64,000 nt of DNA from Callorhinchus milii (lineage: Eukaryota): the NCBI RefSeq assembly GCF_018977255.1, contig NW_024704742.1:21516001-21580000 (forward strand), in the 5' to 3' direction. The notes beneath the pieces are model-generated. The model was not told where the DNA came from. It was given only the letters and a program-made list of their open reading frames with translations, and searched no databases. The translations under genes were made by a program, and so were the position numbers. Position 1 is the first letter of the stretch, and every line of letters starts with the position of its first letter. Of the stretch, positions 1 through 10,040 are shown one piece after another.

Positions 1-377
1 AAATCTATAAAATTCGTAAGGGTCTTGACAGAGTAGATGCTGTGAGACTGTTTCCCCTGGTTGGAGAATCTAAAACTTGGGGTCATAGTCTCAAGGTTAA
101 GGGTCAGCCTTTTCGAACTGAGTTGAGGAAACATTTCTTCACTCAGAGGGTAGTGAATTTGTGGAATTCTCTACCCCAGAAGGCTGTGGATGCTCAGTTC
201 TTGAACATATTCAAGACTGAGGTTGATAGATTTCTAAAGGATAGAGAGATAAGGGATATGGGGATAGGGCGGGTAAATGGAATCAGGTTAGGAGATATGC
301 CATGATCTTATTAAATGGCGGGGCAGCTCGAGGGGCCGAATGGCCTACTCCTGCTCCTACATCTTATGGTCTTATGG
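1..377 (+). mobile_element. CR1 LINE 3' end (C-terminus of ORF2 plus 3' UTR and tail)
   Basis: ORF 42..305 reads GHSLKVKGQPFRTELRKHFFTQRVVNLWNSLP, the typical CR1 ORF2 C-terminus. It ends in ggccgaatggcctactcctgctcct and a cttatgg tandem tail. Highly similar to the 3' end of the element at 57896-61402. Confidence 0.95.
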
Positions 378-699
378 CTCTTCTTAAAATAACTTCCAAC
401 CGATTCTACGCTCTGCTTTCTTTATCTTGATGAGTGTGCGATTTTACGGCTGGCACAAGTGTTTACTGATTGGAAGATGGTGGCACTCCGCGCGTGTGTG
501 TGTGTACTCAAACATGTGTAGGCACGTCTGTATATCTGCTCCATACAGCTAATGGCAATTCTGATGACTAAACAGAGTTAACTGGAATCTCCACACTGTT
601 CGGTCGGTATACCTCAATATTTCTATGCCGTAAACAGTAATGCTTCAAATGGGCCATTGCACCAGCTAGCCTTTTTTTTTATTATTACCATTTTTTGTT

Positions 700-850
700 T
701 AGCTGCTGGCACTTTCAACTCTGAATCAGAAGTTTGTGAGTTCAATCCCCACATTGGGACTTTGATCTCACATTGATCTCACTGTCACTCCAATGCAATG
801 CTGGGGAGGCCGCAGCAGCGTTGGTTTTGGATGAGATGTTAAACCAAGAG
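700..850 (+). mobile_element. Older tRNA-derived DeuSINE (SacSINE1-like) 5' fragment
   Basis: ctctgaatcagaagtttgtgagttcaatcccc ... ggatgagatgttaaacc is shared with copies at 29888, 35680, 42515 and 43760. Confidence 0.6.
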
Positions 851-1242
851 ACTCTTAAATACAGACAAGAGTTTGAGAGGCAGAGACGTATACACAAAGA
901 CCGTTAAGAGAGACAAATACATACACTGTTAGAGAGAGAAAGAGTGAGAGAAAGATACACGCACACAGAAACACAAACACACAACGATCTGTTGATGACC
1001 ACCCTGTTTTCATATCCATCCACAAAGGATTTACAAAAGTAATCTGAATACCAAAATCAATTGCGAAGTGGCTGAGCCCAGGAAGCCAAGCACGGACCAG
1101 GATTCTCCTAGTTTGCAAGCATCTGGAACTCCTGGACTAAGTTTACTATGTGATTGTAGCCATGCGCACGCACACTAAGATACAACTGAATGGGTGATGG
1201 ACGGGACAGCAACAGCTCTAGCATCGCTCATGGCAACTATAT

Positions 1243-1614
1243 ATAATAATAATCCTGTCATTTGATATAGTGCCTTCTCACTTTGTTGAGATGTCTCAAA
1301 GCGCTTACAAAATATACTGTAAAGTGAATTGACTGTATATTTTGCAGGCAAAACACAGCAGCCAATTGCACACAGCAGTGTCCCACCAACAGTCGTGGAT
1401 TGAGTGGCTAAATTTATTTATTTTTTTATTTTTTTGGGAAGGGTTATTACCCCCACAACCGCCAATCGACTAACAAATGGGTTCCGCCTTACTGCTAGGT
1501 AAACAGAGGTGTGTGGAGTAAGGAAACTTGCCTAAAGTTTCGCCCCACTCGCGAATCATACCTGGGTCCTCTCGCTTATGAGGCAAGTGCTTTAACCCTA
1601 AGCTACAGGACTCC
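1243..1614 (-). mobile_element. tRNA-Ala-derived SINE, long variant
   Basis: The minus strand starts ggagtcctgtagct..., then has the Deu-like core and a (tta)n tail. It includes the internal ctctgtttacctagcagtaag segment. Confidence 0.9.
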
Positions 1615-2022
1615 AACTATGGCAATGGGCAACTTATTGGCTCCTTTTTGGACTCAGCCATAGGAAAATGTCCCTGTGGCCAACGATAACTATTCTTTTG
1701 TCGCATATTTTGTCCATGTGAACACTTATTTATCACCAGCGATAATTATCACATCCCTAGCACAATGCTCATTTTGTCTCCCCACCTTGCTTCACTGCCA
1801 GATTATAAACCTGGACAATGCTGACTTGTCTCTGAGAAAAGGACACAACTGATTCTTTTTTGCGTGAACATAAGTTAAAAACATTTTCAGGCAGCCACAG
1901 TACATACAGTATATATATTTATATTTGGATTTATTTTTGGTTTAATTTAATGCCCCTGTGTTTCCTCTTAAGCAGCCTGTAAGAACCAATATTCAATGAG
2001 GAGCAAAGTGAAAGTGCCTTAC

Positions 2023-2454
2023 CACTGATAGAAGATCCGGCAGGCAAAGGTTCCGTAGTTTTGCTACTTGTTGACATCAAAGCAGGAACAGTTGTTCTAC
2101 TTGTTATTATCTTATGAATGGTTGGGCTTAGATTTGTTGATTCTTTCACTTTGTCATCAGGATTATACGAGCGGTTGGTGGTGTTACTGCCATTGGAGCT
2201 GGGGGTTGAGGTGGGGATGTTACTGGGGCTGGGGGTTGAGGTGGGGTTGGTATTTGGCATGGAGATGGTACTGTTACTGGGGCTGGGGCTGGTATTCTCT
2301 TCCGAAGTATTATATCCTGTGTCAGGAGTCTGAGAGGAAACAATCTCAGATCTGGTACTGACCATGTCGATGGTTGTAACAGTTTGGAAATCAGAAGTGG
2401 AACTGGTTTCAGAAGTAGTTGCATTTTCACTCCTAGTTACGACAGTCAGGATAC
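2023..2454 (-). CDS. Exon 2 of a secreted or membrane mucin-like glycoprotein (Ser/Thr/Pro-rich ectodomain); PARM1-like or CD34/podocalyxin-like
   Basis: Minus-strand acceptor tttttttcttttcttttattaaag|GT at 2455/2454 and donor AGTG|gtaagg at 2023/2022. The exon is 432 nt, phase 1-1 and open: (G)ILTVVTRSENATTSETSSTSDFQT...SKTTEPLPAGSSIS. It has 8 N-X-S/T sequons (NAT, NTS x2, NST, NGS, NTT, NRS, NLS). Confidence 0.9.
2197..2292 (-). repeat. Coding 30-bp tandem repeat inside the mucin exon (PTSTPSPSN-like units)
   Basis: gctgggggttgaggtgggg occurs twice 30 bp apart, and tgttactggggctgggg also occurs twice. Confidence 0.8.
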
Positions 2455-2924
2455 CTTTAATAAAAGAAAAGAAAAAAAGCATGACTTCGATATCAGTTTG
2501 GTCCCTCTGCACCACAAAAATTTATATATCTAAGCAAGAACTTGGATATTTTGATAGTGCCTTAATATATCAAATGCCACCAAGTTCTTTACAACGCATT
2601 AATGTCACTAGGAGTGACTGTTTTTATCAGCAAATGTGATAGCTATATTTGCCCCAGCAAGATTTCACAAACAGCGATGAGGTGAATGAACAACAAATTT
2701 ATATCATCATTGATGAAAACAGTTGGAAAAAGCTCTCTTCTCATTTTGAATAGTTTCATAGATTCTTTAAAGTCCATTTGAGGATAGGCAGGCAGGTTGG
2801 ACATTAGTTTAATGACCCATCCAAAAGCGAGTACTTCAGACATTGCAGCATTTCCCTTGTGGTGTGCCTAGATCTTCTGTTTTATGTGGAAATCCAGTAT
2901 ATATATTTTTTAACTAAAGTGTTT

Positions 2925-3310
2925 TTTCATGTTTGACAAGTTAGATAGGAAATGCATCGTCCCCTGTGGTAAGAGAATATGGAACAAAGGGAATATAATG
3001 AGTTAATGTTAACAGGCCTATTTAGTGCATCATGAGAATGGCTATTAAAATGAGAGAAAAACCAATTCAAATTGAATCCACAAAACATTTCTTCGCCAAA
3101 GGTTCATGAGAATGGGGGAAACAGTGCAGCCCCAGAAAGCTGTAGACTCCGAATTAACTGAGGCACTTATAAGTCCAGATTTTGGGAAATGGGAGAGGGG
3201 TGGATGTTTTTAAGGAATGTGTAGAAAAAGAGAGGGTATGGGATTAAACAGAGAACGATCCTGAAGAAGGCTTGATGGGCTGAATGACCTACTCTGGTAT
3301 CCATATTCCC
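2925..3310 (+). mobile_element. Old CR1 3' fragment (intron 1)
   Basis: Degenerate aaacatttcttcgccaaagg...ccagaaagctgtaga...gatgggctgaatgacctactct matches the CR1 3' end at 1-377. Confidence 0.65.
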
Positions 3311-3539
3311 ATTTTGTTTTAGTCATTTCATTTTTACCCGCAATTAAGACAATTCCCTGCTTTTCGACCTCCACACTGCCCTTCTTCAACTGAAACAGTA
3401 AGGAAAGAGGGTTGGCAGTAATTTGCCACTATCGACAGTTCTCTTTATTGTTTAAGCTGTTATATGTATTGCACATTCCTCTCCCAGACACTGAGGACTC
3501 GGTCACATCACAGTCACCACAATGTGCAGCAGAACACAG

Positions 3540-3777
3540 CCCCCGCCTTCTGGAACTCCATCCCAGTCCCTTTGCCTTATCCCCTCCCTTGCCTAGGCCC
3601 ATCTTAAGACCTTCCTCTTCGACCATGCCTTCTGCCACCCTCCTACCCCTACACTCCATGCCCTCCACCCCTCCTAATTCCAACCCCTTGCTCGGGTCCA
3701 AATCCCTGACTGTCCTGCGCCTTGGGTCTTGCTCCCCACGTGAAAGGTGTTATACAAATGTAAGTTGTTGTTGTTGA
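3540..3777 (+). mobile_element. L2 LINE 3' tail fragment
   Basis: ctggaactccatccc...gtgaaaggtgttatacaaatgtaagttgttgttg, the same tail as the L2 copies at 33120-34460 and 40370-40585. Confidence 0.8.
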
Positions 3778-4715
3778 TAATAATACAAATAACTTCACAT
3801 GGAGTCATTTCCCTAAACCCAATGGCTCAAAGTGCTTTACATATTCAAACTTGATCAGAAATTAAAGTGAACATTGTTATAGAGGCAAATTATAAGATAT
3901 TCAGGTTCAACCTCAGTGAACCTTTTCTTTCTACTTCGTTGCAGTGAGTTCCAAAGCAGTTTTCTGACCCCAAGAAATGGTCATTCACTTCATGGCTGGT
4001 TGTGCGACATTGCTGTGCACAAATTGTCTGCCATGCTTATCTACAAAATGCACGATGGTTACGCTTTACAATATTTCCTGTGAAGCATTTTGAGATGTTC
4101 TCCCGATGCAAAAGGTTCCAAATCAAATGTAAGAATTATTTATTAGGATAAAATAAAAGAATTAAATAAAAATATCGCCAAAATATATTAGGCCATGTTT
4201 GCAGCAGCGAAAATGTGTCATAGATTGGGACATTATTTTTTCGTAATATTTTTGGATTTCTTTAAATTTAAAGGACTCCAAAAGACATTATGAAAAAAAT
4301 TACTTTATTGAAATGGATTTAATTTTTTTTTAAAAAATCAGTTTTATTAAAACCTTGAAGGGGATAATTAAAAACATTTTTTTTGAAAATAAAGTAACGG
4401 GGCAGAGATCGAGAAGTTTTGTTCAAGAGCAGCCCCTTTTGATCATAAAGTCATTATCAATTCAAAAATGAAGGCAAGCCAGACATTAAGGCTACAGGTC
4501 AGCCTGTTGCTTAGCCTTATCGCTGTTGTACTGAACACCCGTCGTGATTTATGCACGCACATATTTATCACACTCCGGCTGCTGCAGGACTCTGGGGTTA
4601 GCAGCACGCAGTTAAACTGGGGCTGACACTCAACACCTCATGTGGTTCAGTAATCAGCTTTCAGCACGGCAGCGAGGCAACTCCCTTGGCTGCCCAATCA
4701 CTTCATCTCATGTCC

Positions 4716-5190
4716 GTTAGCTGGCCCGTGTTATTGCATGTCCTCAACCAAACCGATCAACGGTGAGTGGCAGGCAGTTGGAAAGTTCTAGTACGCAAGT
4801 GAGAAAATGGCTGCCGTACATCGCCTCGTGGCTCCTCACCCCCTGTCGGTCTTTGAGTGGCAATGACAGCACTCAGAGAGAGATCTGAGCAAGGGTAAGG
4901 GCGGCAGCCAGCCTGGAAAGGGGACACAGAGGAAAATCTCTGACAGATGAAAAAAAAAATCAATAGTCCAAGAATGCCCAAAGATATTACAGCAAGTACA
5001 TGTTCCTTGTTTCTGTCTATGAAGTGTGGCCAGAGTGACGTGTACATTCTGAAAGAAAGGAGTGCACCAGGAAGGCAAACTAACTGGATGTTGAAAATTT
5101 GAAACAAAAAAAAACAACAGAAATAGCTGCAAAAAAAAACCCAAGGAGAAAGAGAAGGACAATTTAACGTTTCAGGCGTGACCCTTCAGC
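4716..5190 (+). repeat. Direct repeat copy 1 (paired with 5674-6033)
   Basis: gttagctggcc...gaaaatggctgccg...gagagagatctgagcaa...cccaaggagaaagagaa...tttcaggcgtgaccct aligns to copy 2, which lacks ~113 bp (about 4930-5042). Confidence 0.9.
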
Positions 5191-5234
5191 AGTAATCTAA
5201 CATGTTGCTTGATATTGTAGAGTTTCCAACTTAC

Positions 5235-5277
5235 CAGCAAGGATGAGCAAGGTGTAGTAAGTACCAAAAAGTGCCAT
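5235..5277 (-). CDS. Exon 1 (start codon and signal peptide) of the mucin-like gene: MALFGTYYTLLILA(G)
   Basis: ATG in a strong Kozak context (AGCATGG) at 5277-5275. 14 codons plus G, then donor GCTG|gtaagt. The phase-1 end joins exon 2 to give MALFGTYYTLLILAGILTVVTRS-ENATT, a plausible cleavable signal peptide. Confidence 0.85.
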
Positions 5278-5600
5278 GCTTCGTCTTGTAATATTCCTTT
5301 CACCAAACTTTTAAGTTACAAAGCATAAAGCACGTAACGGAAGAACCTCCAAAGCACTTGAAACCCTCTTGAGAGTCTTTGTCACCTAAAATCACCCTGC
5401 TTATCTCAATTGACATCATTTCCTTTTTTTGAAATAGCACAGCCAATGGAGTCACACATACCATCCTATAAATTAGGCTTCAGCCACAAACCACAGGTTG
5501 ATGCTGGGCGACAGTCATAACAGGATGTGTGTTGTTAAAAAAATGCATGTGTTTAACACGCTTAATACTTACATCGTAGAGAAATTCCCCGCAACAACTA
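5278..5600 (-). promoter_or_regulatory. Putative 5' UTR and proximal promoter of the mucin-like gene
   Basis: Motifs upstream of the ATG: GATA (AGATAAG, minus, 5400-5406), TGACATCA (5411-5418), PU.1/ETS-like AAAAAGGAAAT (minus, ~5418-5428), CCAAT (5443-5447), RUNX TGTGGTT (minus, 5489-5495), ETS CAGGATGT (5521-5528), NF-kB-like GGGGAATTTC (minus, 5581-5590). These are motif matches only. Confidence 0.6.
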
Positions 5601-5673
5601 CCCCTCTCCCAGCTCTAGAGTTACTCTATTAATGCAACAATATGAGTTGTCCAGAATCGGACAAATTATTGTC

Positions 5674-6033
5674 TGTTAGCTGGCCGAGTTATTGCATGTT
5701 CTCAACCAAATCGATCAATAGTGACAGGCAGATGGTAGATTCTGGTATGCAAGTGAGAAAAATGGCTGCCGCACATCATCTCATGGCTCCTCACCCCCTG
5801 TTGATCTCGGTGTGGCAATGACAGCGCTCAGAGAGAGATCTGAGCAATAGTAAGCGCGGTAGCCAGCCTGGAAAGGGGACACAGAATACATTCTGAAAGG
5901 AAGGAGTTCAGCATGAAGACAAACTAACTGGATGCTGAAAATGTGAAACAACCAAAAAAACAACAGAAATAGCTGCAGAAAAAAGAACCCAAGGAGAAAG
6001 AGAAAGACAAGTTAATGTTTCAGGCGTGACCCT
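5674..6033 (+). repeat. Direct repeat copy 2 (paired with 4716-5190)
   Basis: Colinear with copy 1, with scattered substitutions and one large indel. Confidence 0.9.
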
Positions 6034-6904
6034 GAAACTTTTTAATTCAGTTGTAGCTTTAAAGCCAATTTTATGCAGTCCTTAAAAATGTAGAGAAAAA
6101 TGGCTTCACCATTAAGACTGTTCTTAAGAAATTGGAAAATTCTGGATGCTCACAAGCATTATATAAATCAAGTAAATCTAGACCTAGGTCGAATTTTGCC
6201 CCACAGTGTGTATTCTTCTGTCACAATTCTTCTTAAAAAAAGGAAAAATTTGCACTTTATTTCCCCCGAAAGAGTTTTAAATCAGTAATTAATCTCATCT
6301 CATATGAGTACTGATGATGGAGATATTTTCAGGTGTTTTTTGCCAAAACATCAAATTTAAATTTAATGTAGCTCTTTACCTGTGTAGCAGACCTTTATCT
6401 ACAGCCCACCTCCCCTTAAAGAGGTGAACTGTAGACAGCTGGTGGGGGATGAGGTGAGAATTGCTGAGCCCCCTTGAGGCCTAGCCACCCGCCGCCAGTA
6501 GTATATAGGTTGAGTTGCCAGGGTAGATGTTAGAGCAATGACTAGACAAGCTAAGGCTTTTCAGTCTTGAAAGGACACTTCTCTAAGGGGATTGAGGTAC
6601 ACACAATTTTAAACGGGATTGAGGACATTTAAAAAGATTTTCGCATGCAGAGTAAGGGAATTAAAAGATAGGGCGAAAGAGCAGGGAATTGGTATTAAGA
6701 CACCGACGTGAAAATATACGCCAAATGACCTCCTTGTATATTTCAATGGTTCTGTGGTCCTCCAAATAAATTGGAGATCCACCTCATAGTTGTTTGTGGG
6801 ACATGCTCTATGCATATTGGTGCTATGTCGGCCTACAAATTAGTAGTCACGTCACTTGACATGAATTACCTTTGAATAGTTTAAAAACGGCTTGGGGTTT
6901 TATG

Positions 6905-7085
6905 CATTGTGTCACCAGATCACAAGGGAGCTTTGGAAGAAGAAGGCCCTTCAGCCCATTTGATCTCATTCTTTCCAAAACATCCACCCACCGTTCTCCA
7001 ATCACAGCATCAAGCTGTTTTTTTAAGATGAACCAGTCTCCTTGCATCAATACTCTTCCTGATCACGTGTTTGAGTTGTTACTTA
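6905..7085 (-). mobile_element. Old CR1 3' fragment
   Basis: Reverse complement of the fragment at 17310-17595 (cttgatgctgtgattgg...gagatcaaatgggctgaagggccttct). Confidence 0.65.
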
Positions 7086-9619
7086 CTATCTAACAACTAA
7101 CAACCAGGTTTGATTCCCGGGCAGGGCGATACGGTGGGCAAGTTTCCTTACTCCACATGTCTCTGATTACCTAGCAATAAGTAGGAACCCGATTGTTAGT
7201 TGATGGGCGGATTGCTTTTCCTTGGGTAATAATCCCTTCCAAAAAAAGTAACTAGTAACTACTCAACAAGCTGGAACTCAAATTGGAAAAAAATGTCCTT
7301 TTTATCAGCAATTTTTTAAAATAAAGAAACATTTTTTCTTAGCTCCACAGAAACGACATGAACAAATAATAAATAACACATAGATGTTCCCCACTTTGTG
7401 AATCAACTTCAATTTTTTTCTGACAAATTTCTTCCGCATTTTTCTCCCCTCCTGAAGGCATTTCAGTTTCCTTCAACTGAGTGTAAGCCCCTCACAGCCC
7501 CTCACCTCAGGACATCACTTTATGGTGAACAATAGCGGGACAGCACAGTATTACAGTAGTAGCTATGCATTTTTTCTACCAATACCCTGGATTGCCACTT
7601 AGTCAGAGATGGCTTGGGATTCAGTTCCTGCTCCAGGTTAGCACTCGAGTTACTAACTGGTGTCATCAAAGTTTAGCAGAGAACAGGAAATTTGATCTTG
7701 ATCTTAAGTTAAACAAATCTGCACATCCACATTATCCATATTTAGAGCACTGAAAATTGAGCGTGTTAAATTGATCATAATGGTTCTCATTACATAACAC
7801 ATGGCGAGACCCCAGGCGTCACAAACTCTCTATTTCCTGCTTACTCTGAGAAACATTTCTCCTGCCAGCAGATGTCTGGAAAATGTTTTACTTTTTAACC
7901 AAGAGTGGAGAGGGTTAGGGATTTTTTTTTAATTTTTTTGCCCCTGTGAGATTCAAAGACAAATTTATGCTCTGCATTGAATTAACATTAGCCAAGTTTA
8001 TTTCCTACCTTTCTTTTCGCGTGTGACTAAGAGGGAAAATCCTACTCCAAATTCCAGGTGTCCAAACAGTCCTTCAATAAAAAATAATTATTAGTATCAA
8101 TAATAATAATGTCAAAACATATAATATTTTGAGCCTATAATGTCAAGACATCTCAATGCACTTTGCAGGTAATTACCTTAAAAGGAAGCCATTATATATT
8201 TGTAGCCAAAATTTGAATGACCAAGTTTATGACCAATGTAGATTGTTGGTCAGGACATAGGAAGAAACTTTTTTCTATTTTCTATAGTGCCACAGAGTCT
8301 GTATTGTGGACCTTACATTCCTTGATATTGCTAGCATTTCCAGGTTTGAAAGTATTGAAGATGACTGCATTCATTATAATAAGGGCCCCAACTCAAACTT
8401 CCCTTTCCTAAATTAATTCACGCTTTCCAATCAATGAATATTCTAGCTTTTACCTGCACTTTTGCAGTAGTTTTACATCACCTGGACGGAACCTTAAATT
8501 GCAAGAGACAAAACCACAAATTCAGAAAATCTCTGTATACTAAATTCACAATATTTTGATGAAACTAAAATAGACAGATGACTTACCCTATGCTGTAGGA
8601 TATGGACCCAATCTTTTGTCAGGGAAGCACTTCATCAAGAATGTTGGAAAACATTGTATTTTTCTTGAATGTGTCAAAAAACAAAACCTATTGTTTCACA
8701 AAATCCATTCATGCCGATGCCATGATAAACTTCAGCCAAGAGCCAAATATATTTGGCATACATATTCATTTAGATTAACCAAGTCAAAAGTTGTGACAAG
8801 CAAGATTGTTGGTCAAGACACTGACAGAAACTTCTTTCNTTTTTTCGGAAACTCTCGCAAAGGACTCCTAAATATGTATGCCTCTTACTCTTCCGCACTC
8901 GCTCAAGCATAGTATTCTCACAGAAAACTATCCTCCATCACATGGTCAATCCTTGCAATCCCTAACCTGCATTTGCTAAATGACTGTGAATCCCTCACAA
9001 GTCAAAACACCTTTTCGCTGCATAAATGAATGTGTTTCTTGTAAATGTACATGAAATGTAAACGTAAACAAAAGAATGCATAGATGAGTTAGAACAGGAA
9101 CAGAAAGTATGGGGAAAGGCTTGAGGGGGCGATTAGGATGAGTATAAACACTGGCACGGACTAGTTGAGCCAAATGATTTGTTTTGGTGCTGTAGATTCA
9201 ACAAAACATTTTTTTGAAATAATAAGAGAGGAATACTTACATTTTAAGTCAGTCGATACTGATTTCAGTGTTTTAGTGTTTTGGCAATTCTATTTGTGTG
9301 AGTTGTGCCTATTGCACATAACTGCATCATTATGAATTGTGTTCCTTTGGTGCACCTTGGCTGGTTATGTGTTGTGTCGAAATATAACACATTCAAAATC
9401 ATTCAATGAAGGCGTAGAACAATTACTCACTGCTCAAAGTGAAGGATGCTGAGAAGTGATGGGAAATTGGTTTTAAGTTGTGATATTGAATGACTGAGAA
9501 TTTCTGATATTTTCTCCTAATAAGAATGAAATTAAAAATACTTCTGCGAGCAATAATGTGCATGTGTAAATAATGGGATTATATTTTTGGTATTTTTTTA
9601 TTTATAACCTCAGTGCATC

Positions 9620-10040
9620 CTCATTTTTTTAATTTTTCTCCCCAATGGAATATGCCTCTTTGCTCCTAGGCTGGTCTCCTCTTGTTGTGGTACAGTTCAA
9701 TGGGCACTGAACTGCCCTTTAGCATGATATGTACATGGACAATGTTCATATGTGAAATTTGACAGTGAGTATTAGCAGGTCATCTCACTGTAGAGGGCAT
9801 CACAGCCAAGCCTAACATCTTCCCACCCTCCTGCCACTCATATGCACGACCTGTAGAGGGTGATGTAGAGGGACCAAGAGTCGGAATCCTGCCTGTTACT
9901 TTTCTTCCTAAATCTTCATGAACCTAGGAAGGTTAGAACCAATTCACCTCCCCAGGCAGCCCCAGCTTACAGATCAGGATTCAAACCAGTGAGCACTTGA
10001 TCTGTAAGCTGCAGGGTTATTCGCTGCACCGATGGGGCTG
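9620..10040 (-). mobile_element. Ancient SINE, AmnSINE2-like
   Basis: gggcatcacagccaagcct and gacagtgagt are shared with 11400-12120. The minus strand has a tRNA-like head near 10040. The family name is from my recollection of the consensus. Confidence 0.5.

Noticed and set aside
1811..1831. Possible 21-nt phase-1 micro-exon (ETSQHCP) after the mucin exon
   Set aside because: The acceptor is good but the donor (CAG|gtttat) is weak. It cannot be supported without transcript data.
2068..2361. Trp/Gly-rich and Val/Leu-rich plus-strand ORFs
   Set aside because: They are antisense shadows of the repetitive mucin exon.
1931..2515. 194-aa single-exon ORF as listed in the track
   Set aside because: Both ends are intronic (polypyrimidine acceptor and gtaag donor). 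Only 2023-2454 is supported as coding.
4599..4620. TAGCAGCACG, the 5' end of miR-16
   Set aside because: The rest of the 22-mer diverges and there is no complementary arm to form a pre-miRNA hairpin.
4805..4866. In-frame TGA in both repeat copies as selenocysteine
   Set aside because: No resemblance to any selenoprotein motif I know and no SECIS evidence. A stop predating the duplication is the simpler explanation.
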